A stretch of DNA of 64,000 nt from SAR324 cluster bacterium (GTDB lineage: Bacteria; SAR324; NAC60-12): positions 5,890 through 69,889 of the forward strand of contig JADGAT010000012.1 in NCBI GenBank assembly GCA_015231885.1, in the 5' to 3' direction. Made by a program: the position numbers and the translations under genes. Below, piece by piece: positions 35,919 to 45,523 of this stretch. Every line of letters starts with the position of its first letter. Within the stretch, counting starts at the first letter, position 1. The notes beneath the pieces were generated by a model. The model was not told the DNA's origin, searched no databases, and saw nothing but the letters and a program-made list of their open reading frames with translations.

Positions 35919-38900
35919 ATGAAAGAGCAATCAGGAAAGTTAGCAATTAATCATGGAGAATCTCTGAAACAGGAGGCGAATGCTCCCGTTTGCTTGTCAG
36001 AAATCCTTGAACGAGCTGCTCGTGATTCCGAAAAAGGGTTGGTTTTTGTTCAACGGGATGGCAGCGAGCTTTTTCAGTCCTACCAGGAGTTGCTGGAAGA
36101 TGCCCTTCGCATTCTCGCGGGCTTACGAAAACAGGGAGTGAAACCAAGCGATAAAATCATTCTGCAAGTAGAAGGAGCCAAAGATTATATTCCGGCTTTT
36201 TGGGGCTGTATTCTTGGTGGTTTTGTCCCTGTTCCGATTTCTGTTTCTCCTACTTATCAAGAAATAAACAGCACCGTCAACAAGCTTCATAATGCCTGGA
36301 AGATGCTTGGAAAACCCCTTGTTCTCACCAGCACAAATTTGGCAAATGATATTTCCTCGTTATCAACACTTTTGAAAATCGAGGATTTTGTTGTTGAAAC
36401 CGTTGATCATTTAAGAGCCAATGATCCGGAGGGGAAGATGTATCTCAGTCAACCTGACGATTTAACCTTGTTGCTGCTGACTTCAGGAAGTACCGGATTA
36501 CCTAAAGCTGTCATGCTCAGCCACAGAAATTTATTGAGCATGACATACGGCACTGGGCAAAAGTTCAATTTTTCAAATAGTGATGTTGTTCTGAACTGGA
36601 TGCCTTTGGACCATGTCGGTGCAATTGTCTGTCTGATGCTCATGGGGGTAACTCATGGGTGCCAACAGATCCATATGAGTACTGAATATATCCTGCAAAA
36701 TCCTCTTCGTTGGCTGGATTTGATTGATCAGCATAGAGCTACCATTTCCTGGGCACCCAACTTTGCGTTTGCCTTGCTCAATGACCGGGCGAAAGAGATC
36801 AAACGGCATTCCTGGGATTTATCTTCAATGAATTTTTTGATCAATGCCGGGGAGCAGATTGCCACTAAGACCATTCGGACTTGTTTGAAACTACTTCGGT
36901 CTCATGGCCTGCCGACTCATGCGACTCGCCCGGCTTTTGGAATGTCCGAAACTTGTTCCGGGATTACTTTTTCTGAGGGGTTTTCTCTGGAAGCATCATC
37001 AGATGAAATGTCTTTTGTTGAACTCGGGCCTCCGATCAATGGTGCTTCAATCCGAATTGCGGATGATCAGGAGCAAATCGTAAGGGAAGGAACGGTGGGT
37101 CGACTCCAGGTCAGGGGCCCCTCGGTGACCAGTGGTTATTATCAAAATCCTGAGCGAAACCAGGAAGTATTTACCGAAGATGGTTGGTTTACTACAGGAG
37201 ATCTTGGCTATTTGCAGGACGGTCTGCTCGTTCTGACAGGACGAGAAAAAGATGACATCATCATCCATGGGGTCAATTATTACAGCCATGAGATTGAATC
37301 AGTCGTAGAAGAAATTGACGGGGTAGAAACTTCTTATACAGCTGCCTGCTCCGTTAGGGTTGCTGACAGCAAAACCGATCAATTGGCAATATTTTTCAAT
37401 TCTCCTCTCGGTCAGGAGGGTGATATCAAAAACCTCATGAAAAAAATTAGGGGAACTTTAGTAAAAAGTTTTGGTATCAATCCAGAGTATCTTATTCCCG
37501 TAGGAAAAGAGACCATTCCAAAAACGGCAATCGGAAAAATTCAGCGCTCTCTTCTCATCAAAAGCTTTGATGCTGGAGAATTTGATGATGTTCTCCGACG
37601 ATATGGAGTGCATCGGGAAAAAGCGATTTCAAAAAAAGTTGATGCCATTCCTGACTCTGATTCTGGGAAAGAGCTTTTTGACACAATGATGCAGGATACA
37701 AAGGAAGATGCAGGAGGGTTGTTTTATAAAATTGCCTGGGAATCTGCTGCAAAAGAATCTGATTTTTCTCCTTCCAGCGAAGATGCAGGCCCCTGGTTGA
37801 TCTTCAAAGATAATGGCGGAATCGGAAGCCAATTAGCTGAGCAGTTAAAAAGACAGGGAGAAAATTTTATTATGGTTTCGGCCAGGCAATCATACGGGCG
37901 AGTGGAAAGCAATCATTTCCATCTCAATCCGGATCAGCCTTCAGATTTTCGCCGACTGATCCGGGACGGTCTTGGGACTTCCCCCTGTCGCGGCATCGTT
38001 TTCTTATGGAGTTTAGATGAAGAAGGTCGCCTCGAACCTCCGCAATTCGAAATGTCACAAAGGCTTGGCTGGGGAGCCGTCTTATTGCTGGTGCAAGCCC
38101 TGGCACAATTTGAAGGAAGCTGCGCAACTGGCTTGTGGATAGTCACTCGTGGTGCTCAATCGCTTACTCCAGGTGATTTTTTGCATCCTCGACTCTGTCA
38201 AGCATCTTTGTGGGGAATGGGACGGGTCATTCCCCAGGAACATTCAAACCTCTCCTGTGTACTCCTGGATCTCGACCCATCAGAAGACCCGAATGAAGTG
38301 CAGCGTCTGCTTGAGGAAATGCGGTCTGCTGGTCGCGAAACTCAAATAGCCTTTCGCCAGGGAAACCGTCAAGTCGCCAGGTTGTTACGTTATTATCCGG
38401 AGGGCAGCCGGCACAAGGTTGGGGTATCCGGAAGTTCTGACAAAAATGCCTGGATTGATCCAGAGAAAAGCTATTTGATCACGGGAGGCTGCGGAGGGCT
38501 GGGCTTGAGCGTAGCTCAGTGGATGGTCGAGCAGGGTGCAAAATTCTTGGTACTCACCAGCCGACGAGGGTGGCCGCAAAAACCGAGCATCCAAACTCAG
38601 AAGATCAATGCCGGACAATCGAATCCCGCAACGTATCAGGAGGCAAAAGATGTGATTATTCGTATGGAAGAAAAAGGGGCAAGGGTTTTTGTCATGCAGG
38701 GGGATGTTTCCAATTCGGACGAAATGTCACGCATCCTGGAAGAAATTCAAAATTCTATGCCTCCTTTGCGGGGAATTTTCCATGCAGCCGGAGTTGTCAA
38801 TGATGCAGTATTGTTGCAGCAGGACGTGGATCGATTTCGTCAGGTGATGCTTCCAAAGGTTCAGGGAAGCTGGAATTTGCACAATTTGACTAAAAATATC

Positions 38901-39737
38901 TCCCTGGATTTCTTTGTTTGTTTTTCTTCCATAGCCTCCCTGTTTGCTTCAGCAGGAAAAGCGAATTATGCTGCAGGCAATGCTTTTATGGATGCGCTGA
39001 TGCACTTTCGCCGAAGCATAGGGCTGCCTGGACTGAGCATCAATTGGGGACCTTGGGCAGGGATCGGAATGGCTGCCGGACTGGATCAGCGTCTCCTGGA
39101 TCGATGGTATGAGCAGGGACTTGGAACAATTAAACCTGAAAAAGGTTTAGAAGCATTAGACCAGTTATTGCAGCAGGATCTTCCCCAAGTGTTGGCGATG
39201 GTGGCGGACTGGTCGAGGTTTTTAAGACAATTTCATGAAAGTGAGCAACAGTCCTTTTTTGAGGCATTCCAGCAGGAATTTGATACGGCATCTCTTGCGA
39301 AAGAATCTGCATTTCTGGAACAGCTGAAAGCATTTCCTCCTGAAAAACGCCGTTCTGAATTGGCGGCTCATATTTGCAGGCAGACAGCCAGGGTGCTCAA
39401 TATAGAAACGCCTGAAGAAATAGAACTGCAGGACAGTTTGTTTGATATGGGAATGGACTCCTTGACCGTCGTTGAATTGACAGGCAGTCTCGAAACGAGT
39501 TTGGGTCTCCCGCTTCCAGCAACAATATTGTTTGACTATCCAACTGTCGACACGCTCACTGATTATCTGACAGATGAAATCCTGTCATCTGAACACTCGA
39601 ACGGACCCTCAGCAGAATCAGACAGCGCTCAAAATAATTTTCCCCCTTCAGAGGAGGTAGAAAATCTCACTGAAGACGAACTGGGTACTCTACTGGATGA
39701 AAAGCTGGATAAATTTGATACGTGGATAGATTCATGA
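35919..39737 (+). CDS. Fatty acyl-AMP ligase (FAAL)-KR-ACP loading protein
   Basis: ATG at 35919 with an AAGGAAG SD (the track TTG at 35889 is less likely). FAAL hallmarks FWGCILGGFVPVPIS, LLLLTSGSTGLPKAV and YLQDGLLVLTGREKDDIIIHGVNY. KR Rossmann SYLITGGCGGLGLSVAQW (~38470) and YAAGNAF. ACP LFDMGMDSLTVVEL (~39435). Confidence 0.9.
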   Translation: MKEQSGKLAINHGESLKQEANAPVCLSEILERAARDSEKGLVFVQRDGSELFQSYQELLEDALRILAGLRKQGVKPSDKIILQVEGAKDYIPAFWGCILGGFVPVPISVSPTYQEINSTVNKLHNAWKMLGKPLVLTSTNLANDISSLSTLLKIEDFVVETVDHLRANDPEGKMYLSQPDDLTLLLLTSGSTGLPKAVMLSHRNLLSMTYGTGQKFNFSNSDVVLNWMPLDHVGAIVCLMLMGVTHGCQQIHMSTEYILQNPLRWLDLIDQHRATISWAPNFAFALLNDRAKEIKRHSWDLSSMNFLINAGEQIATKTIRTCLKLLRSHGLPTHATRPAFGMSETCSGITFSEGFSLEASSDEMSFVELGPPINGASIRIADDQEQIVREGTVGRLQVRGPSVTSGYYQNPERNQEVFTEDGWFTTGDLGYLQDGLLVLTGREKDDIIIHGVNYYSHEIESVVEEIDGVETSYTAACSVRVADSKTDQLAIFFNSPLGQEGDIKNLMKKIRGTLVKSFGINPEYLIPVGKETIPKTAIGKIQRSLLIKSFDAGEFDDVLRRYGVHREKAISKKVDAIPDSDSGKELFDTMMQDTKEDAGGLFYKIAWESAAKESDFSPSSEDAGPWLIFKDNGGIGSQLAEQLKRQGENFIMVSARQSYGRVESNHFHLNPDQPSDFRRLIRDGLGTSPCRGIVFLWSLDEEGRLEPPQFEMSQRLGWGAVLLLVQALAQFEGSCATGLWIVTRGAQSLTPGDFLHPRLCQASLWGMGRVIPQEHSNLSCVLLDLDPSEDPNEVQRLLEEMRSAGRETQIAFRQGNRQVARLLRYYPEGSRHKVGVSGSSDKNAWIDPEKSYLITGGCGGLGLSVAQWMVEQGAKFLVLTSRRGWPQKPSIQTQKINAGQSNPATYQEAKDVIIRMEEKGARVFVMQGDVSNSDEMSRILEEIQNSMPPLRGIFHAAGVVNDAVLLQQDVDRFRQVMLPKVQGSWNLHNLTKNISLDFFVCFSSIASLFASAGKANYAAGNAFMDALMHFRRSIGLPGLSINWGPWAGIGMAAGLDQRLLDRWYEQGLGTIKPEKGLEALDQLLQQDLPQVLAMVADWSRFLRQFHESEQQSFFEAFQQEFDTASLAKESAFLEQLKAFPPEKRRSELAAHICRQTARVLNIETPEEIELQDSLFDMGMDSLTVVELTGSLETSLGLPLPATILFDYPTVDTLTDYLTDEILSSEHSNGPSAESDSAQNNFPPSEEVENLTEDELGTLLDEKLDKFDTWIDS

Positions 39738-42700
39738 GAAGGACTTCAGCTTCATCTACTAATGCAGAGCGGATGAAACGCGCGCTTCAGGCCCTGGAAA
39801 AAATGCAGGCAAAGCTGACTGCGGTAGAAGGATCCGGGACAGAGCCAATTGCCATTGTCGGAATGGGGTGTCGATTTCCCGGAGGGGCAGACAGCCTGAA
39901 TTCATACTGGAACCTTCTGCAGGATGGTGTCGATGCGATCACAGAAATTCCTCCAGATCGTTGGGACATTGACAGCTACTATGACCCGGACCCTGAAACT
40001 CCTGGAAAGATGTATGGACGTCATGGAGGGTTTTTTGGGCCAATTGACGAATTTGACGCCTCATTTTTTGGAATTTCTCCCCGGGAGGCAAATAGCCTTG
40101 ATCCCCAACAACGCCTAGTTCTCGAAGTGGGATGGGAAGCCCTGGAGAACGCCAATCAAGTTCCCGAACAATTGTTTGGTAGCTCCACCGGCGTTTTTAT
40201 TGGTGTTCTTTCCTTTGAACACGCTCTGGTCATGCTGGAAAAGCAAAAAATTCCACAAACGGATCTCCATTTTACAACAGGTGGTTCGTTGGCGGGAATC
40301 GCCGGACGTCTATCTTATTCCCTGAGTGTGACAGGGCCGAGTATGGTAGTGGATACCGCTTGTTCCTCCTCCCTGGTTGCCATCCATCTTGCGTGTCAGA
40401 GTTTACGGAATCGGGAATGCAATATGGCCTTGACGGGAGGTGTTAATTTGTTGCTTGCTCCTCAGTGGCCGATCAGTTTTTCCAAAGGGCGATTACTGGC
40501 TCCTGATGGACGATGTAAATCTTTTGATGCGGCAGCAGATGGATATGTTCGTGGTGATGGCTGTGGATTGATAGTGCTCAAACGTTTTTCGGACGCAAAA
40601 GCGGATGGCGATCGCATCCTGGCGCTGATTCGGGGGGCGTCCGTGAATCAGGATGGTGCTAGCGGAGGATTGACGGTTCCCAGTGGACTTTCCCAGGAAA
40701 AAGTAATTCAACAGGCTTTAGCAATCAGCGGCGTCAAACCAGAGCAGGTGGGGTACATTGAAGCTCACGGCTCCGGGACACCTCTTGGAGATCCGATTGA
40801 AGTCAATGCTCTTGGAAAAGTATTTTGTGGACAAGCACGCCCATTTCCTTTGACTATCGGTTCGGTAAAAACCAACTTTGGACACCTGGAGCCTGCTGCA
40901 GGAATCGCTGGTTTGATAAAAACGGTACTTGCCCTGCAAAATGAGGCAATCCCTCCTCATTTACATTTTAAAACGCCTAATCCCCGTATCCCATGGGATC
41001 GATTCGATATCGAAGTCCCGACCACATTGAAACCCTGGCCTCAAGGAGAGACTCCAAGGATCGCCGGAATCAGTGGATTTGGATTCACGGGAACCAATGC
41101 TCATGTGGTGCTTGAGGAGGCTCCAAAATTCGGTATCAACAAAAGAGAAGAACACCCATCCATAAACACCCGGGGACAAAATCCGGAAAACCAGGTGGAG
41201 CGGCCTTGGCATCTTTTAACGCTGTCAGCAAAATCAGAAGAAGCACTCGGGAAATTGGTCGAACGTTACCAGGAACTTCTTGAGCAGCAAAAATCACTAA
41301 ATTTGGCAAACCTTTGCTTCACCGCCAATACACGCAGGTCCCATTTCAAGCACCGCCTGAGTGTCGTCAGTTCTTCCTGCTCTGATTTGAAGGAAGAATT
41401 GACGGCTTTCCTGGACAAAAGTGATATATCCGATTATAGCCGGAAGTCATCAGAAAAGACTGGTTCCCCCAGGGTTGTATTTTTGTTCACGGGGCAAGGG
41501 GCACACTATGTCAAGATGGGATATCAGCTTTATCAAACTCAACCAACTTTTCGTCAGTCCCTGGACCGTTGTAATGAAATTCTACGTCCTTACCTTGAAA
41601 AACCGTTGCTTGAAGTCCTCTACCCCTATTCTCCGACTTCGGATTTAGACAACACGGCTTATACTCAACCAGCCTTGTTTGCTCTGGAATACGCATTGGC
41701 GAAACTACTGCAGCACTGGGGAGTCATGCCTTCGGCAGTCATTGGACATAGTTTGGGGGAATTTGTGGCCGCGTGTATAGCCGGTGTTTTCAGTTTGGAA
41801 GATGGTCTGAAGCTTGTTGCTGAACGAGGGCGCTTGATTCGCTCTCTTCCTTCAAATGGAGAGATGGTTGCTGTTCGAGCTGATGAAGCTTCTGTGGAGG
41901 AAGTCCTGGCTCCTTATTCTCAATCAATCTCAATCGCGGCTATTAACGGACCTGAGAATACTGTAATTTCCGGAGAACGTATTGCTGTTGAAAAAGTTTG
42001 TAATGATTTTGAAGCTAAAGGAATCAAAGCCACACGTTTGAATATTCCCTATTCTTCTCATTCCGCCCTTGTTTATCCCGTTTTGGATGAATTTGCAAAA
42101 GTTGCCGAAACCGTTGCTTACTCAACACCAAAGATAAATCTTATTTCTAATGTCACAGGTGAGTCCGCAGGTGGTGAGATCGCGACTCCTGAATATTGGG
42201 TCCGGCATTTACGCCAACCGGTAAGGTTTGCTAGCAGTATCAAAACCCTTCATCAACAGGGATACGAATTGTTCGTGGAAATTGGTCCCAAACCTGTTCT
42301 TTCAGGGATGGCTCGTCAAAGTCTGCCGCAAGGGGATAAGGTCTGGTTGCCAAGTTTAAGAGAAGGGCATGGAGACTGGGAACAGCTTCTCAAATCCTTA
42401 GGCGAACTCTATGTTCGCAGAATTCCTGTAGATTGGCTCAATTTTGACCAGGACTATCAGCGACGCCAAGTGGCATTGCCAACCTATCCCTTTCAAAGGC
42501 AGCGATACTGGCTTGACGCCCCCACTCCGGATAATTACCAGGGCAGCCAATCCATTCCTCCGAAACTGCATCCTTTAATTGATAAAAAGATGCAGTCGCC
42601 GCTGCTCAAAGAATCAGTGTTTGAAACGGATTTCAACTGCAAGTCTATCCCTTTTTTAAAAGACCATCTCGTTTTTGAGCAGATAATTGTTCCTGGATCT

Positions 42701-45523
42701 GCCTACATTTCCATGATACTGGCTGCTGCTCAATTAACTTTTGAGAGAAATCAGTGTGTACTCCAAGATGTACTTTTTCCGAATATTCTGATGATTTCAG
42801 AAGAGCAGGGGTATCCAGTGCAGCTAGTGCTGACCCCACAGTCAGAAAACAAGGGATCTTTCAGACTGATTAGCCTGACTGGTCATGATTCTCCAAATGA
42901 GCAAAGCTGGAGTATTCATGCTTCAGGAAAAATACTCACTGAAGAAAAGAAAGCAAGCAATTCTTCTCCAATTGTCTCCTTAGAGGAATTAAAGGCGCAC
43001 TGCCCCCGGGAAATGACTGTTGAGGATATTTACGAGACGAGGCGCAAGGGGCATATCGAAATTGGACCGGGTTTTCAATGGCTTGAAAAAATGTGGTGCG
43101 GAGATGGGGAAGCTATCTGCCAGATATCCCCTCCGCGGATACTCGACCAACAGGCAGTTCATCAGCTCCATCCAGGGTTGATTGAAACAAGTTTTGCTAC
43201 TTTGGCTATCCTGCTCTCTTCGAAACCTTTTGAAACATGGGTCCCTTTCAGAATCGAAGAAATTCATTTTCATCACCTTCCTATCAAAACACCTCTCTGG
43301 GCACATGGGTCGCTAAAACAGAGAAAAGATCTTCCAGAAGATCGGCAGATAGGGGATATCCGATTATTTGATCAAACAGGAAGAGTTTTTCTCGAATTCA
43401 CAGGTCTTGAACTGGGAAAAAGCAGCAGGGAAACTTTACTGCAGGAACTTCAAAAAGACATTTCAAAGTGCTTGTATTGCAGCAACTGGCAAGTCGGTGA
43501 AAGAAAGGCAAAATCCATTGTTTCCGGAAAGGAATCTCGTTCATGGCTGATCTTTACAGATGAAGGTGGAATAGGAGAGCAACTGGCAGAACAGTTAAAA
43601 GAGCGAGGGGACGATTGCTTCCTAGTTTCTGCTGATAAATCTTATCAAAAACTGGAAAATCAATGCATTTTCCTTGATCCAGAACACCCTGAGGGCTTTC
43701 TAAAATTGATACGGGAACATTCAGGGAGTTCCCATTTTCATGGAGTGGTCTATCTCTGGAGTTTAGATGATGGATATATTTCACCAGACCAAAATCTGTC
43801 GGGAAATTCCAAGAGTTCCAGTCTGCCGGACCAATCGTTCATCGAAAACGCGCAAAAGCTTGGTTGGGGGGGTGTGTTATACCTCGTGCAAGCCTTAATC
43901 GGCACCGAAGAAAACAGTCTGCCCCGTTTGTGGATTGTCACCCGGGGGACACAACCGGTTACTGCACAGAATTCTCCGGTGCGTATCAATCATACCCCAT
44001 TATGGGGCTTGGGGAGAGTCATTCATCAGGAACACCCGGAGCTCTCCTGCGTGCTTCTGGACCTTGACCCTGGGAAAGATTCTGGGGAGGTTCAACGTCT
44101 TTTTGAAGAATTATACTCCCCTGATGGAGAAACTCAAATTGCTTTTCGCCAGGGAACTCGTCAAGTTGCCAGATTAGAACGCCACATCCTTTCAGTGCCA
44201 AAGAAGGTGAAAACTGAGGACACTGAAGCATCCGGTAAAAAAGCTTTGATTGATCCGGATAGCAGCTATTTAATTACAGGAGGTTGTGGGGGTTTGGGAC
44301 TCAAAGTAGCTCAGTGGATGGTGAAGCAGGGGGCTAGATATTTGGTTCTAATCAGTCGTCGGGGAAGGAATCGAAAGGAAGCTCTGAATGCTGCGGTTGA
44401 TCCTGAAAATTCTTCTGTTCCGGTCTCTGAAGAAGCAGAGGAAGTGATTCATCGCCTGGAAGAAGGAGGAACAAAAATTTTAGTCCTCCAGGGAGATGTC
44501 TCTGAGCAGAAAGAAGTGGCCCGGGTCCTGGAAGAGATTCCAAGTTCCATGCCTCCTTTGCGTGGAATCATTCATGCGGCCGGGGTGATCAATGATGGGA
44601 TTTTAATGAAGCAAGATCTGGAACGCTTTCATCAAGTCATGCTCCCCAAGGTTCAGGGGAGCTGGAACCTGCATATTTTAACTCAAAGACTCTCTTTAGA
44701 CTTTTTCGTATGTTTTTCATCTATTGCCTCGATGTTTGGTTCGGTCGGACAAGGAAACTATGCGGCTGGCAATGCTTTCATGGATGCGTTGATGCATTAT
44801 CGCCGGGCATTGGGACTGCCTGGGTTGAGCATCAACTGGGGTCCCTGGACAGAGGTCGGAATTGCCGCAAGCCTCGATCAGCGTGAACAGGATCGATGGG
44901 CAGAACAAGGATTGGGATCAATCACTCCTGAAAAAGGCGTTGAAATTCTGGAGAAGTTGCTTCAAGAGAAAACAGTTCAGGTTGCAGTTTTGCCGGTAAC
45001 CTGGTCAAAATTCCTTCATAAATTCTATAAAAATATTGATCTCCCGTTTCTGGAAAATTTTCACGAGACGAAACAGAAACCGGTTGTGCCGGAAAAGCTT
45101 CAATTGCTGATCCAGCTGGACGAAGCACCCGAAAAAGAACGGCGCGCTTTGCTGGAAGACTACATTCATCAGCAAATTGCTCGGGTCTTGGGAATGAAAT
45201 CATCTGAATCGATCTCGTCGCGTGAACGATTGTTTGACGCAGGTATGGATTCCCTAATGGCCGTTGAAATAAGAGACCGGCTAGAAACCAATCTCGGTTT
45301 TTCACTTCGCTCAACCCTCTTGTTTGATTATCCTACCGTAGAATCCCTTGTTGACTTTCTCGCCGAGAAAATTCCTTCTTTAAGGGATATCCCAAACAAA
45401 AGTTTGAAGCATCTCGAGCAAGAGGCGAAACATTTCGATAGTTTGGATGAATTATCCCAAGATCAAATTGCAGAACAGCTCGCAAAAGAATTACAAATGA
45501 TTCAGGAAGAGAAAAATAAATGA
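39734..45523 (+). CDS. Type I PKS module KS-AT-DH-KR-ACP
   Basis: ATGA overlap with the upstream stop. KS DTACSSSL / EAHGSGT / NFGHLEPAAG. AT GHSLGEF with an unusual YSSHS motif. DH HPLIDKK...LKDHLVFEQIIVPGSAY. KR SYLITGGCGGLGLKVAQW / YAAGNAF. ACP LFDAGMDSLMAVEI. N- and C-terminal coiled-coil docking tails. Confidence 0.95.
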   Translation: MRRTSASSTNAERMKRALQALEKMQAKLTAVEGSGTEPIAIVGMGCRFPGGADSLNSYWNLLQDGVDAITEIPPDRWDIDSYYDPDPETPGKMYGRHGGFFGPIDEFDASFFGISPREANSLDPQQRLVLEVGWEALENANQVPEQLFGSSTGVFIGVLSFEHALVMLEKQKIPQTDLHFTTGGSLAGIAGRLSYSLSVTGPSMVVDTACSSSLVAIHLACQSLRNRECNMALTGGVNLLLAPQWPISFSKGRLLAPDGRCKSFDAAADGYVRGDGCGLIVLKRFSDAKADGDRILALIRGASVNQDGASGGLTVPSGLSQEKVIQQALAISGVKPEQVGYIEAHGSGTPLGDPIEVNALGKVFCGQARPFPLTIGSVKTNFGHLEPAAGIAGLIKTVLALQNEAIPPHLHFKTPNPRIPWDRFDIEVPTTLKPWPQGETPRIAGISGFGFTGTNAHVVLEEAPKFGINKREEHPSINTRGQNPENQVERPWHLLTLSAKSEEALGKLVERYQELLEQQKSLNLANLCFTANTRRSHFKHRLSVVSSSCSDLKEELTAFLDKSDISDYSRKSSEKTGSPRVVFLFTGQGAHYVKMGYQLYQTQPTFRQSLDRCNEILRPYLEKPLLEVLYPYSPTSDLDNTAYTQPALFALEYALAKLLQHWGVMPSAVIGHSLGEFVAACIAGVFSLEDGLKLVAERGRLIRSLPSNGEMVAVRADEASVEEVLAPYSQSISIAAINGPENTVISGERIAVEKVCNDFEAKGIKATRLNIPYSSHSALVYPVLDEFAKVAETVAYSTPKINLISNVTGESAGGEIATPEYWVRHLRQPVRFASSIKTLHQQGYELFVEIGPKPVLSGMARQSLPQGDKVWLPSLREGHGDWEQLLKSLGELYVRRIPVDWLNFDQDYQRRQVALPTYPFQRQRYWLDAPTPDNYQGSQSIPPKLHPLIDKKMQSPLLKESVFETDFNCKSIPFLKDHLVFEQIIVPGSAYISMILAAAQLTFERNQCVLQDVLFPNILMISEEQGYPVQLVLTPQSENKGSFRLISLTGHDSPNEQSWSIHASGKILTEEKKASNSSPIVSLEELKAHCPREMTVEDIYETRRKGHIEIGPGFQWLEKMWCGDGEAICQISPPRILDQQAVHQLHPGLIETSFATLAILLSSKPFETWVPFRIEEIHFHHLPIKTPLWAHGSLKQRKDLPEDRQIGDIRLFDQTGRVFLEFTGLELGKSSRETLLQELQKDISKCLYCSNWQVGERKAKSIVSGKESRSWLIFTDEGGIGEQLAEQLKERGDDCFLVSADKSYQKLENQCIFLDPEHPEGFLKLIREHSGSSHFHGVVYLWSLDDGYISPDQNLSGNSKSSSLPDQSFIENAQKLGWGGVLYLVQALIGTEENSLPRLWIVTRGTQPVTAQNSPVRINHTPLWGLGRVIHQEHPELSCVLLDLDPGKDSGEVQRLFEELYSPDGETQIAFRQGTRQVARLERHILSVPKKVKTEDTEASGKKALIDPDSSYLITGGCGGLGLKVAQWMVKQGARYLVLISRRGRNRKEALNAAVDPENSSVPVSEEAEEVIHRLEEGGTKILVLQGDVSEQKEVARVLEEIPSSMPPLRGIIHAAGVINDGILMKQDLERFHQVMLPKVQGSWNLHILTQRLSLDFFVCFSSIASMFGSVGQGNYAAGNAFMDALMHYRRALGLPGLSINWGPWTEVGIAASLDQREQDRWAEQGLGSITPEKGVEILEKLLQEKTVQVAVLPVTWSKFLHKFYKNIDLPFLENFHETKQKPVVPEKLQLLIQLDEAPEKERRALLEDYIHQQIARVLGMKSSESISSRERLFDAGMDSLMAVEIRDRLETNLGFSLRSTLLFDYPTVESLVDFLAEKIPSLRDIPNKSLKHLEQEAKHFDSLDELSQDQIAEQLAKELQMIQEEKNK

